This document shows, piece by piece, positions 50,838-62,989 of a stretch of 64,000 nucleotides of DNA; the first letter of the stretch is position 1; each line of letters starts with the position of its first letter. Location: contig NC_087438.1 of NCBI RefSeq assembly GCF_036321535.1, positions 1,552,001 through 1,616,000 on the forward strand, read 5' to 3'. The notes beneath the pieces are model-generated. The model was not told where the DNA came from. It ran no database searches and saw only the letters and a list, made by a program, of their open reading frames with translations. This DNA comes from Camelus dromedarius. Its lineage: Eukaryota. The position numbers and the translations under genes are program-made.

Positions 50838-52119
50838 CACTCACAGAGCTAGACACGTCACAGGGTGGGGCTGGTGCCTTTTGTTCCTGGAGAGCAGGAA
50901 ATTCCAAAGCGAGAAAGGCGGGAAGGAGGCTCAGACTCCTCCCTCTGAGCTCCAGGGTCAGACATCCCTCAGCACGTGGGAAGCAGAAACCCGGAGGAGG
51001 CGGGAAGGTGTGCCTGCAGCCCCAGGAGGCCGACAGCCCGCAAGTGGCGGCAGCCTTCTGCCACAGCACCTCCAAACACAAAGTGACGACCAGGGCCGTC
51101 CAGAGACGTTAAGCATATTCTGATGGAGGAGGCCGGGGCTAGTTTGTAATACAGAGATGTCTTTATTTAAAGAATAAAGCTTGGGAGAGAGGCAGAGCCT
51201 GAGATGGAGGAGGGACACGCTCCTGGGGGTGCTGTGGCGGGGAGGGCGGGCAGGGGAGAGGCTGGGCCTCCCAGAGGCGGAGCCCGGGCCCCTCAGCCCC
51301 ACCCCACGGGGGCACAGAAGGCGGTGGAGCACAGAAGACCTTGCTGCGGCTGACACGCACCCCCCCACACACGGTCAAGGCTCCGATCAGGAAGGTTCAG
51401 GCCCGTGGTGTGATCAGGAGGAAGGGCCTGAGCGCGGCTTTCAGTACGTGGCCCTAAAACTTAAACCTCATTGCAAATTGGCAAGACTTGATATTTTAGC
51501 GTGTATCTCCTCCACGGGAAGCCCAGGTGTCTGTGCACTTCCCCCTCCGAAAACGCTCTACCGCTCAGCCCCTCTCTGCAGCAAGACGAGCCTGGGCGCA
51601 AGGGCGAGAGGGCGGGGTGAGCAGAGCATCAGCTTAATTAGCGTGATTGGTGGTTCCCGATTAAGGAGAAGTTAACGTTGTTAACAAAGTGGCCAATTAT
51701 CTGAAAATGTAGTGCGACCGTCCTGTGTTTCTGTGCTAACGAGATCACGCTCAGTCACAAAACGAACAAATGTAAATATGGATTCTGGTTCACTCAGAAG
51801 CTTTTCTTCTAAAAATTAAGTTATAAAGTGTTCGTGTTCTTTCAACAGGAACAGTTGGCAAAAGAGAAATCTGGAGTGAAAAAAGGACGGCACTAGTGAG
51901 CTTATCCATATTTTTCCTTAAGAGACATGATAGGCAGATGGGTACATTACTCAGGAAACATCTATATATACATATGCATATATACACACACATATCAAAT
52001 ACAGTATCATATAGCTAGTATATAACATGGACCTGTTATAAAATAACATAATAGATAATACAATAGACACATGTACAATAGATCTATTATATTATAATTA
52101 CATAATCACATAATTTAGA

Positions 52120-52760
52120 AAGTCGTAAAAAGCACAGGAGGAAGGAGATGTCTCCTGCAGTCCCACACTCCAGACTAAACAACTTTGAGCTGTTTGGTGT
52201 ATATAATTTCAGCCTTATTTCTATAAATACTTTTGTTAGCAATAGGGAACACACTGCATGTACTGTTTTTAAACTACCTTTTTTTTAACTTGTAGGATTT
52301 CTTCGTAGTATTAAACATGCTTCTGAAACACTGTCTTGAATATCTATGAAACAGACCTATGCTGTCTGTGCTGTATAATGTGTGTGATACTTACACTATC
52401 TGTGATACGTAAGACACCGGTATCTGTGTCTGTAACATACGACATGTAACAGCTGTATGACGTCTATGAAATGCACATATATGCAGTGTCTCCAAATGTA
52501 TTTAATAAACACTCTACGGCTGAGCATAATCATTTATGATAAACACAAAAGTTAAGATGCTTTAATTTTACTCAGATAACTTTGTTTTCATCTTTAATTT
52601 TATATCAAATTCCTAGACATAGAACTGCTCAATCCTAATATGGGTTCTTTAAAAAGATATTTTCTAGAAAATACTACCAATTTCTGCTTCCGTCAGCTCT
52701 CTGAAGATAATAGAAATGGACGTACCTTTCTTAGACACTGTCCCTGTTTTGAGAGTTGCT
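52120..52760 (-). mobile_element. Old L1 (L1ME-like) 3' fragment
   Basis: ttagaaagtcgtaaaaagcacaggag...ctgcatgtactgttttt...attttactcagataac...aattcctagacatagaactgct. Confidence 0.45.
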
Positions 52761-53029
52761 ATTCAATTGTCAGTCTTTCCAACACTTCAATTTCTTGTTC
52801 ATGTGCCAGTTTGAAAGCAAATGTTGACCAAGTATTTCTATGTTCACGACTCACGTGCGTCTTTTGCTGGCTTTGCGCTGGTTTTCTACAACTGTTCTCG
52901 TTTGTTTGTGAAAGCTTCCCACGTAGCAGGCTATTGGCCACAAACAAGTTACGTGTGTTTCAAACACCTTTCCCAGTTGGCTGCACTTCCTTTCGCTTTT
53001 GCTACGGTAGTTTTAGATGCGCAGAGACA

Positions 53030-55970
53030 CGTATTTTAGAGCAAGCTAAGAAAATGAAAGAAACGGTAGAATGTATGAAGGAACAGAATAAACCAGGGTA
53101 ATAAAATCTTGGAAAGCAGGTGCGAGAACTCAATAAAGACTAAGAGCAAAGAGAGAACCATTTTTGAAAAGAAAGCGAGACTGGAAGCAGCACGAGCGCC
53201 GATTAGCGGAGAGCGGCGCCGAGCGGAAGGAGGGCAACGGGGAGAAGACTGACACACGCAGCCTGAGAGCGCGGGCGAGGGGACCTGCGGGCGGCGGCGG
53301 CCGGGGAGGGCCAAGGGAAACCCAAGGTAGTTACAAAAGGAGCCCAGGAAGAAGGGAAAGAAAGTACGGTGACAGAACAAACACTAAATCCTGTAATCCT
53401 TGAAAACTTTCTTGAAATTAAAAAGGAGAAATCTCTCAGCTACATATTTAAAGGGGGTGCTCGGTGGGAAAAGCAAAAATCAAGTCGTGATGATCGACAG
53501 TGAAACATTTTAATGTAAAAACTGCTGGGCTGTAAAGAAACAAGTGGTCAAATAAAAATTCTTCAGAAATACAAGTAGATAATTCAGTTACTTATAAAGA
53601 AAAGAAAACCAGAGTGTTGTGAGAAGTTTTGACAGCAGGGCTTTATACCAGAAGATACTAGAGAATGTTTTAAACATTCAGAGAGAAAACGTGAGGCCAG
53701 GACCAGCACTGAGAGCAGCTGATGCTCAAATACAAGCGCATTTTAAACGGTTCCCAACATGCGAGAGTCCAGGGTGCGACGTGCTCTTCAGCACCAGGGA
53801 CTCCCTCCGAACTCAGTCCCAGGAGGCCGGCGTCGTGGAAGACGTCCTCCCTCGGGGCGACTGGTGAGCATTCAAGGCGCATCTAACTGCAGAGCAAAGA
53901 ACAACGATGGCAGTGGCCTGGGCTGTGACAGGTAATGGCCTTATGCTCTGAAATGTAGACAAATTACTACCACAGAACTGAGGTGAGTGGAAGAGATCAT
54001 ATGGAAAACAGAACAAGCTCGCTGTTGTCTTAAGTATATTAATGGGGAAAAAAAAGGCTGTTACTTCCTGTCAGTTGCTAGAAAGATTGAAAGCAGAGAA
54101 GGGGGAGGCAGAGTTTATAATTAATTCAATTATTATTTCCCACAGGATACACAAAAACAAAAGGAGGAATGGCAGTTACTATATCAAAGAATGGCATAAA
54201 ATTGGTACAAAGGTAAGCAGAACACAATATAAGCCAAGTATAAATTCAAAAAATATACTACAAAGCAAGAGAAAGATAAAGCAAACGTGTGAACCATTTA
54301 ACGAATATGTGTGTCTGTGGCAATACGACAGAGCATCTTACCTAACAATATAACAGAACTGAGCCCAAATGTATTGATTATATCTGTATCATCAGCTTAA
54401 TTAACCTATTAAAAGAAAAAAGAAAATTTGTCAAATAAACTAAGCTAAATCCAAAACTATGTTTTATAGTAAAGATACGCCCAAATCAAAGGCCCAGAAA
54501 GACTAGAAAGAACGTGATGGACAAAGATGCGTCAGACAACACGCACACGAAAAGAAAGCAGCAGATACAATTTTTCCCCTGACCCAAAGGCATTAAAGAA
54601 AAAAAGACGTCACTTCAAGCTAGGATAGACAAGCCGCCAGGAAGCGACCACAGCAATTAGTATTAGTGAGCTCAGTAAGAGCTCTTACAAAGCAAACCCT
54701 AGGGAAGATGCAAAGAGAAAACGAAACACACTAAAACAGTAAGAACTGCTGTGTTTTTATTCATCTAGAAGACACGACGTGGATAAAATATGTATAATAA
54801 TATAAAAAGTTTAAGTAATAGGCTCCACAGGAAAACGTAATAAATACATATTGAGCGCCAGCCTCCGGTAATGGAGAAGGAGCTTTCCCTACGCGACCGC
54901 GTGCGTCATTTATAAATGACGTCTGAGTCCACAAAGAAAAGCCCAGTACGCAGGAGGAGATGCAGTCGGAATTCTCTGATTGTGACACAGTAAAAATAGC
55001 ATGAAATCCTTTAAAATGAAAGAAAGACAGGGGAGGGTGTAGCACACGCTCGGCATGCACGAGGTCTTGGGCTCAATCCTCCTCTAAAAAATAAATAAAT
55101 AAGCCTAATTACCTCCCCCCCAAAAATAAAAAAAACCAGACACTTCTAGTTTTGCATTTTTACAAAAACTACCACTGAACAAATTATGAATCAAAAGAAA
55201 AATTTAAAATATAAAATCTTTTGAAAACACAGCATACTACGGTCTATGGGGTACAGCTAAACTAGCCATGAGATAAAAGAGGAAAACGTTAAATAATGAC
55301 GTCAGTGAACATTAAAAAGTAAGAATGGCTCAGTGAAGGGCCCAACTGAAGAAGCAAGAGAAAGAAAATCAAAGTAATTTAAAGGAAGGTGGTGGCACAG
55401 GACGAGCAGGAAGGCAGAGACAGATGGGGCAGTGAGTTCAAATAAGCAGGACACTTACACCTAAAAGCCGATTTTTTTTTTTTTTAATCAACAAATTACC
55501 TAACTTACTGAAGAAAAAGTGAGGGTTTGGGGAAAGCCCTAACACAATTTAACAAAATCGGAAGTTACATGGAAGAAGTGGCATCCAAAATAACAGCTTG
55601 AAAAATTGGACAAGGAAGCACTTTGCAAAAATTTACAAAATATTGTAAACATGCAGTAATTGGTGTAAAAGTACCACTTCCTGATATTGATTCCGACAGA
55701 GACGCAAAGCCTAGCAGGACAATAACTGGAAAAGCAAAGCTGCCAAGGGCACCTTCAACACACAGAGGGCCACGTGCGCCTGGTTTCTCAGAAGGCACTT
55801 ACCAAACTTTTGAGGGTTAAACAGCCAGTGATTTCAGAGCGTAGGAAAGGAAGAGATGCTTGCAGTTTTATTTTATGAAGAATAAAGCCTGACAGAGATT
55901 TAATTAACCAAACAAAAGAAGAAAATTACTGAACAATCTAATTTATGAATAACAGTGCTGAAAATATGTA
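53030..55970 (+). mobile_element. Old L1 (L1ME/HAL1-like) ORF1 to ORF2, fragmented; resumes at ~58017-58330
   Basis: A-rich strand with aaaactttcttgaaatta (ORF1), acctattaaaag...aaatccaaaactatg (EN), ctatggggtacagctaaa and ttttatgaag...tttatgaata (pre-RT); after 58017 aagatatttagcaaa...gtgattatcttcggagatacagaaaagg (RT IIS.D.EK). Confidence 0.65.
55030..55135 (+). mobile_element. Camelid-type tRNA-derived SINE with A-rich tail
   Basis: ggggagggtgtagc...ggcatgcacgaggtcttgggctcaatcc...aaataaataaataagcctaattacctccccccc followed by an A tail; flanks aaagaca/ccagaca. Confidence 0.8.
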
Positions 55971-55974
55971 AAAG

Positions 55975-58016
55975 AGAGTCAACTGCTTTCCTCCATTTCA
56001 GCAACAAACAGTGGAATCTGAAGTTAAAAGCGCAAGGCCACTGAGTCCGTCCCCCTCAGAACGACACAGGCATAAACCTGACCCGGCCAGGGGCAGGTGT
56101 GAACCTAACAAAGTACGTGCCATGTCTATAGGAGAAAAAGCACAAAATTTTGGTAAATTAAATAAAAAACATTAATGACGAAGAGATATTCCGTGTTTGT
56201 GGACAGAGAGACTCAATATTGTCAGGTGTCTGTTCTCAAACTGAGCTATAGAGTCAATGCAATCTCAGTCAATAGCCAAGCAGATGATCTTATGGACGCT
56301 AACAAAGTGATTGTAAAGTGTGTGCAGAGAGGTGAAACTCCCAGAGTGGCCGATGAACTAGCAAAGAAGAACAGCGTTGGAAGACTGACATTACATGACT
56401 TCAAGACTTACCGTAAAGCTACAGTAGGCAAAAACATGTTATTGGTGGAAAAGTAGACAAATTTATCGGTGGTACAGAACTGGTAACCCAGAAACGAAGT
56501 CCTATAGAGTCCACTGGTCTTTGACAAAGAAGCAGAAGCGATGTAATGAAGCCAAGACAGCGCTCTTAACAAACGGTGCTGGAACAGCTGGGCTCCATGT
56601 TACAAAAACAAAATCTAGACACAGATCTTACACTCGTCACAAAAAGTTAACTCAAAATGGACCACAGACCTAAATGGGATATTCAAAACCACAAATTAGG
56701 GGGAGCACGGCACAGAGAAGACACAGGAGAAAACCTAGACGCCCCTGAGTGTGCCAGTGATTTTCATGATCCGTGAAAAAGGAACTGATAAGCTGGCCTT
56801 CATTAAAACAAACCTTCTTCTCTGCGAAGACTGTCAAGAAGAGGAGGAGACAAGCCAGAGACTGGGAGGCAATGTTTGCCGAAGACACTCCTGGTAAAGG
56901 ACTGTTAGACAACATACACAAACCACCCATTAAACTCAACAGTAAGGAAACAAAAAACTGGATTGAAAAATGGACAAAAGTCCTTAACAGACACCTCGCC
57001 AAAGAAGATACACAAATGGAAAATAAGCATATGAAAAGATGTGCCACTTCATACGTCGTCAGAAGATGCAAATTAAAGTAACAGTGAGACACACCTACAC
57101 ACCGGTCAGAATGGCCGAGACCCGGGACACTGGCCACGCCAAGCGCTGGGGAGGGTGTGGAGCAGCTGTCATTCACTTCCCAGGGGCAGAGGATGCAAAA
57201 CGGTGCAGGCACTTTGGAGTGTGGCAATTTCTTACAAAGCTAAACATACTCTTATCACATGACCCAGCAGTCTCGTTGCCTGGCACTTGCCCAAAGGAGC
57301 TGCAAACTTGTACACACGTGAAATTTTGCACACAGATGTTTATAGGGACTTATTCATGGTTGACAAAACTTGGAAACAATCAAGATGCCCCTCAGTCAGT
57401 GAGTGGGTAACTAAACCACTGTATATCCAGATAAAAAAAGAGTTTTCAGTGCTAAAAAGAAGTAAACTACAGAGCTGTGATGCCGTGCGCCGGAAGTCGA
57501 CACAACATCGTAAACTGACTATACTTCAATACAAATATTAAGAAAAACTGTAGAGCCATGAAAGACACAGAGGAACCTCAGATGCATACTTCAAAGTGAA
57601 AGACGCTAACCTAAAAAGGCTACATCCAGTGTGATTCTAACTGTATGATATTCTGGAGGACATGGAAGATTCTGAAAATCTATGGAGACGTGGTAAAAAG
57701 ACAGCGGTTGCCAGGCGAGCAGAGGGAAGTAAATAAGCAGAACACAGACTATTTTAGGGCAGTGAAGCTGTGCCGCACGACACTGCAGTGGTGGACACGT
57801 GTCATTATGCCTTTATCCAAACCCACAGCATGTGCAACACCGAGAGTGGCTCTGATGTCATCTGTGCGCTTCGGGTGTTCGTCAGTCGCAACAAACGCGC
57901 CACCACGGGGCGGAGCTGATACGGGGGCAGGAGATGTATGGGGAGTCGCTGCATCGTTGTCTCAACTTTGCTGTAAACCTAAAGCTTCTCTAAAATATTA
58001 AGTAAAAAAAAAAAAA
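55975..58016 (+). mobile_element. L1MC-like ORF2 3' half and 3' UTR with poly-A, inserted into older L1
   Basis: Peptides VGRLTLHDFKTYRKATV and DWEAMFAEDTPGKGLL...RHLAKEDTQMENKHMKRC; 3' UTR ending tcaactttgctgtaaacctaaagcttctctaaaata plus an A run at 58004-58016. Confidence 0.88.
57481..57544 (+). mobile_element. ~64 bp 5'-truncated L1 3' tip with 17-bp TSD
   Basis: cggaagtcgacacaacatcgtaaactgactatacttcaata is an artiodactyl/camelid L1 terminus (cf. 61640-61675); flanks aaactacagagctgtga (57464-57480) and aaactgtagagccatga (57545-57561). Confidence 0.65.
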
Positions 58017-58539
58017 CTCATAAAAAAGATATTTAGCAAAGTGTAAAGACATGCTGAGCAAGATATCATGGCCAATCTGGGAAATTCCAAACGTACAAGT
58101 GAGGTTCAACTTGAGGAAAGTCTTCACACAGAGATAAGGAGAGAACTCACGTGATTATCTTCGGAGATACAGAAAAGGAAATGCAGAGATTCATCCCAAT
58201 TCACATTAAAATGACCCAAAATAGAAACTGATGGGTAATTCCTGAACATCACAAAACTTTTTCTATGAAAGTCATGTGTAAAACATAAAGCCCACTGTCT
58301 CTACTACTATTTCATGCTGTGCGGTTAAAAAAAAAAGACAGCCAAAAGCTCTGTATGTGCTTTGTCTGAGGGTTTGGCTGCTCGAGTAACTGTGCACACA
58401 CAGTGTGCGCCAAGCATCCCGACCAAGGAATCACCTTGACTCTTGAGTTGCTGTCCTTCCCAGCGGAGGTGCAATTTGCATTTTGAGTTCTCCCAAGCTA
58501 ACTGCATGCTTCAAAAAGTAAAGCAAACGTCTTCCAGGG

Positions 58540-59560
58540 CACATAACACACTCTAGAATGTCTACAGTATATTCTTCAAAATACCCAGAATTAAGGAACA
58601 GGAAGATATGACTTGTTCTTTAGAGGAAAGGCAGTCAGTGAGGAGCAGTTCCCCTCACCCAGAGGTCACACTTAGACTTGGATTTCAAAGCAGCTGTTAC
58701 ACTGCTCAAGGATGTAAAGGAAAGTATGTTTATAGTTAATACAAAAATAGTGGATATCAGCAGAGATACATAAACTAAAACAGAACTGAAAAATAAAAAT
58801 TGGAAAGCTGAAAATGACAGTATCAGAATTTTGTTTTAAAAAATCACTAAATGAGCTTAAGAGTAGGAAGAGGATGACAGAAAACCCACTAAATTTGTTT
58901 TTAAAAACAATAAAAATTAACAAATCTGAAGAACAGAAAGAAAAAAGATTGAAAAGATGCTAAGAGTGTGCCTTATAAAAAGGGCTGATATGCATGCGGT
59001 CAGAGTCCAAAAGGAGGAGGAACAGAGGCTCAGGAAGAAACAAAGATACAATGACCAGAATTTTTCCAAATTTGACGAAACAAATAAATTTACAGATTCA
59101 TGAAACTCAGTGGACCCCAGCAACAAAAATACGAAGAAAAGCATACGTAGCTGTGTTACAGACAAACTGATGGAAACCAGCAGCCTGATAAAGTGGCACG
59201 TTGCAGGTGAAGGACCAGGGGGTTAAATTCCACTTTAAAAAAACGACTTCGAATTCAAAAAAGTGGAGGCCTGACGATGGCGGAGTAACACCTGTAAAAA
59301 CCCGGACGTTTAACTGTATAGGTTAACCCAGACTTCTGCTTCCAGTGAAAAACGTCCAAGAAGAAGGCGGTATAAAGCCATTCCCCAGATAAAAGAAAAT
59401 GAATAACTCACGTTGTCAGCCATCCTTCACTGCAAGAAATGCTAAATAACGTGCTTCGAACAGAAGGAAAGTGACACAAGGCGGAAATCAGCTCTTAAAG
59501 GAAAAATAAAGGGAACCGAAAATGTCGAGAGAGAGAAAAAGGAGAGGGAAAAGCTTGAAC
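58540..59560 (+). mobile_element. Old L1 ORF1 fragment
   Basis: gatttcaaagcagctgttac...ggaaagctgaaaatgacagtatcagaa...aatgaccagaatttttccaaatttgacg...aatttacagattcatgaaactcag...ttccccagataaaagaaaatgaa. Confidence 0.7.
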
Positions 59561-60016
59561 CGTCTGGAGGCAGTTTCTTTTCCAGGACCCAATGGCTCTT
59601 GCTGCTGTATCCCCCGTTTCTTCTCCTTTCTTCGTGGGGGACAGTCATCTCCTTGTCCCTGTCACCTGCCTTTGGTTTGCTGAGTTTCTCGGGGAAGCCT
59701 GCCCAGCGTCCGGTACTGGCGCTGGCCCGTCCTGCCCCCGTGCCTTTTAAACCATCCTCGGGTGACCGATCAGATTCCTTTCACCCTCACGTCTCATCAC
59801 CGGTCTCTTAGTTCATAGTCTGTGTCTTCTCCGCATTCAGTGGGAGCACGAAAGAATTCTGAAAGCACGTGACCAGGACTCCTTTAGCGAACCATGTACG
59901 TATGTTCTTTGCTTGTCTCACATAGGAGGGTGCTTCTGTAGGTCCTGCACTGATTTCCTGACTCTTCCTGCATGCATGGAAGCGTATCTTGGTATGCATG
60001 ATCGCAGCTGGTCCTC

Positions 60017-60056
60017 TGCATTGGTCCCCTGCACTGGTCCCCTGCACTGGTCCCCG
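60017..60056. repeat. Short tandem repeat, 3 x 13 bp
   Basis: ctgcattggtccc ctgcactggtccc ctgcactggtccc. Confidence 0.8.
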
Positions 60057-61033
60057 GGATGCTGCTAGAATGACCTTCATCCTCGTCTGGAGAGCTGGGG
60101 GCAGTCATCCCAGACGCCCTGCCTGGTGCTGCTGTGACGTGGGGAAGGGGGGAAGGAGTGTGGAGAACTAAGTAGAACTAGCTGCATTTGCCGTCCTAGG
60201 TTCTTCCTTCTGTGCGCTCTGAAACCGCTGTTCCAGGGTTTAGTCTCCTGCATGGCGAATCCTCTATGCCAAATTTCCAGTGTAGCGAAACCCACTGAGG
60301 TGTGGCTTTGCTCCCGTGTGTTTGAGAGCGACCCCACCGGGTCAGGAAAGAGCCCCTCAGGCTGACAGGACCTCAACTTCTCAGGGGCAACGTTCAGCCC
60401 GGAGCAGCCCAGTGGCAGGGAGATTTCTGCTTGGTCACCTCTCCTTCCCTCGGACCTTCCGGCACAGCAAGGCGAGCTCTGAGTGCTGCTGGTCTGTCCC
60501 CAGGAGAAGCGGTGGGGTCCAGCGAGGGGCTCCTGCTTTCCTTCTAGTTCTAGCACACTCATTTCAGAGCGTTCGGAGAGCTCTGCCAAGAGGCAGGAGT
60601 GTGTTCTGAGAAGGACATGTTAGTCCTGATGACTTCCTTTAATCTAGCCCCATCTGCACTTTATATATGAGAAATTCATTAAACTTTCTGGCATTCTGAT
60701 GATACCCTTTCCTGGATTCCTGCATCACATCTATTTTTAGCCTCCTTTGATTATCACTGTTGGTTTTGAGAGAGGAATGGTGGACATCTGGGCTTACATT
60801 GCCATTTCTAAAAAAAGTGACTGTTCAGCTCTTTAAAAAGACTTCTTTCCTACACATCAAACACGGAAATTTATGAACCTAATGCCAAACCAATTTTCTT
60901 GCTCTGTGTAAATCTGTATTGTGTTTCAAACCTATTAACGGGAATGTATAAATATTACCAAACAGCTTCCCTTGCGTACTTACAGCCATAACCGGTGCAT
61001 GAATAATTCATTTTAAAACATACACACATTTTC

Positions 61034-61693
61034 TAAAAAACTAAAAATAGAGTTACTGTATCATCCAGCAACCCCACTCCTGGGCATATATCTGGAGAAA
61101 ACTCTAATTTGAAAAGATACACGCACCCCAGTGTTCACAGTAGCACTATTTACAACAGCCAAGACATGGAAGCAACATGAGTGTCCATCGACAGATGGCT
61201 GGACGAAGAAGCTGTGGTGTATTTATACAATGGAATACTACTCAGCCATAAAACAGAATACAGTCATGCCATTCACGGCAACATGGATGGATCTACAGAT
61301 TATCATACTAAGTGAAGTAAGTCAGACAGAGAAGGACAAATATTATGATATCACTTGTATGTGGAACCTAAAAAAATGATAATAATTTATTTACAAACCA
61401 AAAATAAGCTCACGGACATAGGAAACAAACTTTTGTTACCAAAGGGGAAAGGGTGGGGAGGGCTAAATTAGGAGTTTGGGATTAACAGATACACATTACT
61501 GCATATAAAATAGATAAGCAGCAAGGACCTATTGTATAGTGTGGGGAACTATATTCAATTTCTTGCAGTAACATATAATGGAAAAGAATCTGAATATATA
61601 TGTATTTACATGCAGAGCTGAGTCGCTTGGCTTTACACCTGAAACTAATATTGTACATCGACTCTATTTCAGTGAAAAACAAAATTTTAAAAA
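61034..61693 (+). mobile_element. Artiodactyl-type L1 3' fragment with TSD
   Basis: Peptide FTVALFTTAKTWKQHECPSTDGWTKKLWCIYTMEYYSAIK...ATWMDLQIIILSEVSQTEKDKY; 3' UTR ggagtttgggattaacagatacac...caaggacctattgtatag; TSD atacacacattttc/atatgcacattttc. Confidence 0.92.
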
Positions 61694-61779
61694 ATATGCA
61701 CATTTTCATACTTTGCTGGACAACGGATTTGTCTTACTGAGTAACCACTGACCCCACGTACCGACTTCATGGCCCCACA

Positions 61780-62218
61780 CTTACTGGGCTATCAAGACTG
61801 ACCATCGTGCTGGTGGGCAGGGACCAGTACCATTAAAAATATCCCAAAGAAGTGATTCTTCTGGACCAACAGAGGGTAGCCCTCCAGTTAGGTGACTTGT
61901 CCCCCGCTCTCTGTGCCACGGTCCCCCTCCCCAGGAAGAGAGCTGGGAAATCCTTTTGGCCTGGTAACAATCCCATCTGACCTCGCAACCTGGCTTGGGC
62001 ATCTGCCTCTACCTTCCAGGGTCCCTCATCCAGCACCTCCCTCCAGTGCCTTCTCTACCCTCTCCCGGCGGGAATGCCTCAGGCCACTTTGCCCTCGTGG
62101 GAGGCCAGCACTAACCGTCACTCGAATAAACAGTGCTTCCCTGACCTGCTGAGCCTGCTCCCTGTGTGGGCCAACGAGGCCGATTTCCACGCGTTCTGGT
62201 TTCAGCCCCTCCCTTACA
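61780..62218 (+). mobile_element. Probable old ERV LTR
   Basis: AATAAA at ~62126 followed by a U5-like segment ending ccccttaca-like (cccttaca); family not recognised. Confidence 0.35.
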
Positions 62219-62276
62219 AGCAGATGCATTCATTAGGATTATCGTGCGTTCATTTCTTTGTTTCCCTAAGAGGGGA

Positions 62277-62285
62277 CACACACAC

Positions 62286-62316
<31 letters not shown>
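62277..62316. repeat. (CA)n microsatellite
   Basis: cacacacacttacacacacacacacacacacacacacaca. Confidence 0.9.
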
Positions 62317-62989
62317 ACCTTCTACATCACAGAGATAAGCTAGGAGTTCGTGAAATGAATAATAGTTCTTAGAAACACTTACTTATTGAAAAAATATTAC
62401 ATCTTAAAAGGCTTTGCTTCTGTACTTTAGAATCCCAGTCTGTTAGACACGTTGGGAATTACTAGGCAATTACAGCAAGAGGTGTGTCTTGTGTCCAGCC
62501 TCAGAAGACATCTGCTGACTGCAGTTGACGTTGCATTCGCATCTCATCACTAGAACAGTCTAGTTCTAAGTTGCTGGGAGAAGGCCAGGTCAGGGCTGGA
62601 CATCCCTTACTTTTTCAGACCGTCTTGTGCCTCTCTGGATTGGGGACATCTGGAGGAGCTGGAATAATCACATTGCACACCAAAAGGATCATCTCTAAAC
62701 TCACAGGGCGCATAAAACGGGAAAGCACGTCACATAAGCACATGCGTGTTAAGAAGAAACTTGATTCCAGAACCGATGACAGCAGAATCTTTAATACCTA
62801 TTTATCCAGTTACCGTAGAATCTTCAGTGCCACGTATGCTCTTTAGATTTTGTTGCCCATTTGTCTATGCCCACAAAGCTGTTCTGTTGATTATTTTCCT
62901 GGAACCAACAACCTTCTTGCTAACAGGCTGGATTTATAAATTTTCTGTGGTTTAAACATGTGCCCACAGTTCCAGCAGGAGCTGTGGGT

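Noticed and set aside
55030..55085. tRNA gene
   Set aside because: The tRNA-like head is internally deleted and followed by a SINE body and A tail.
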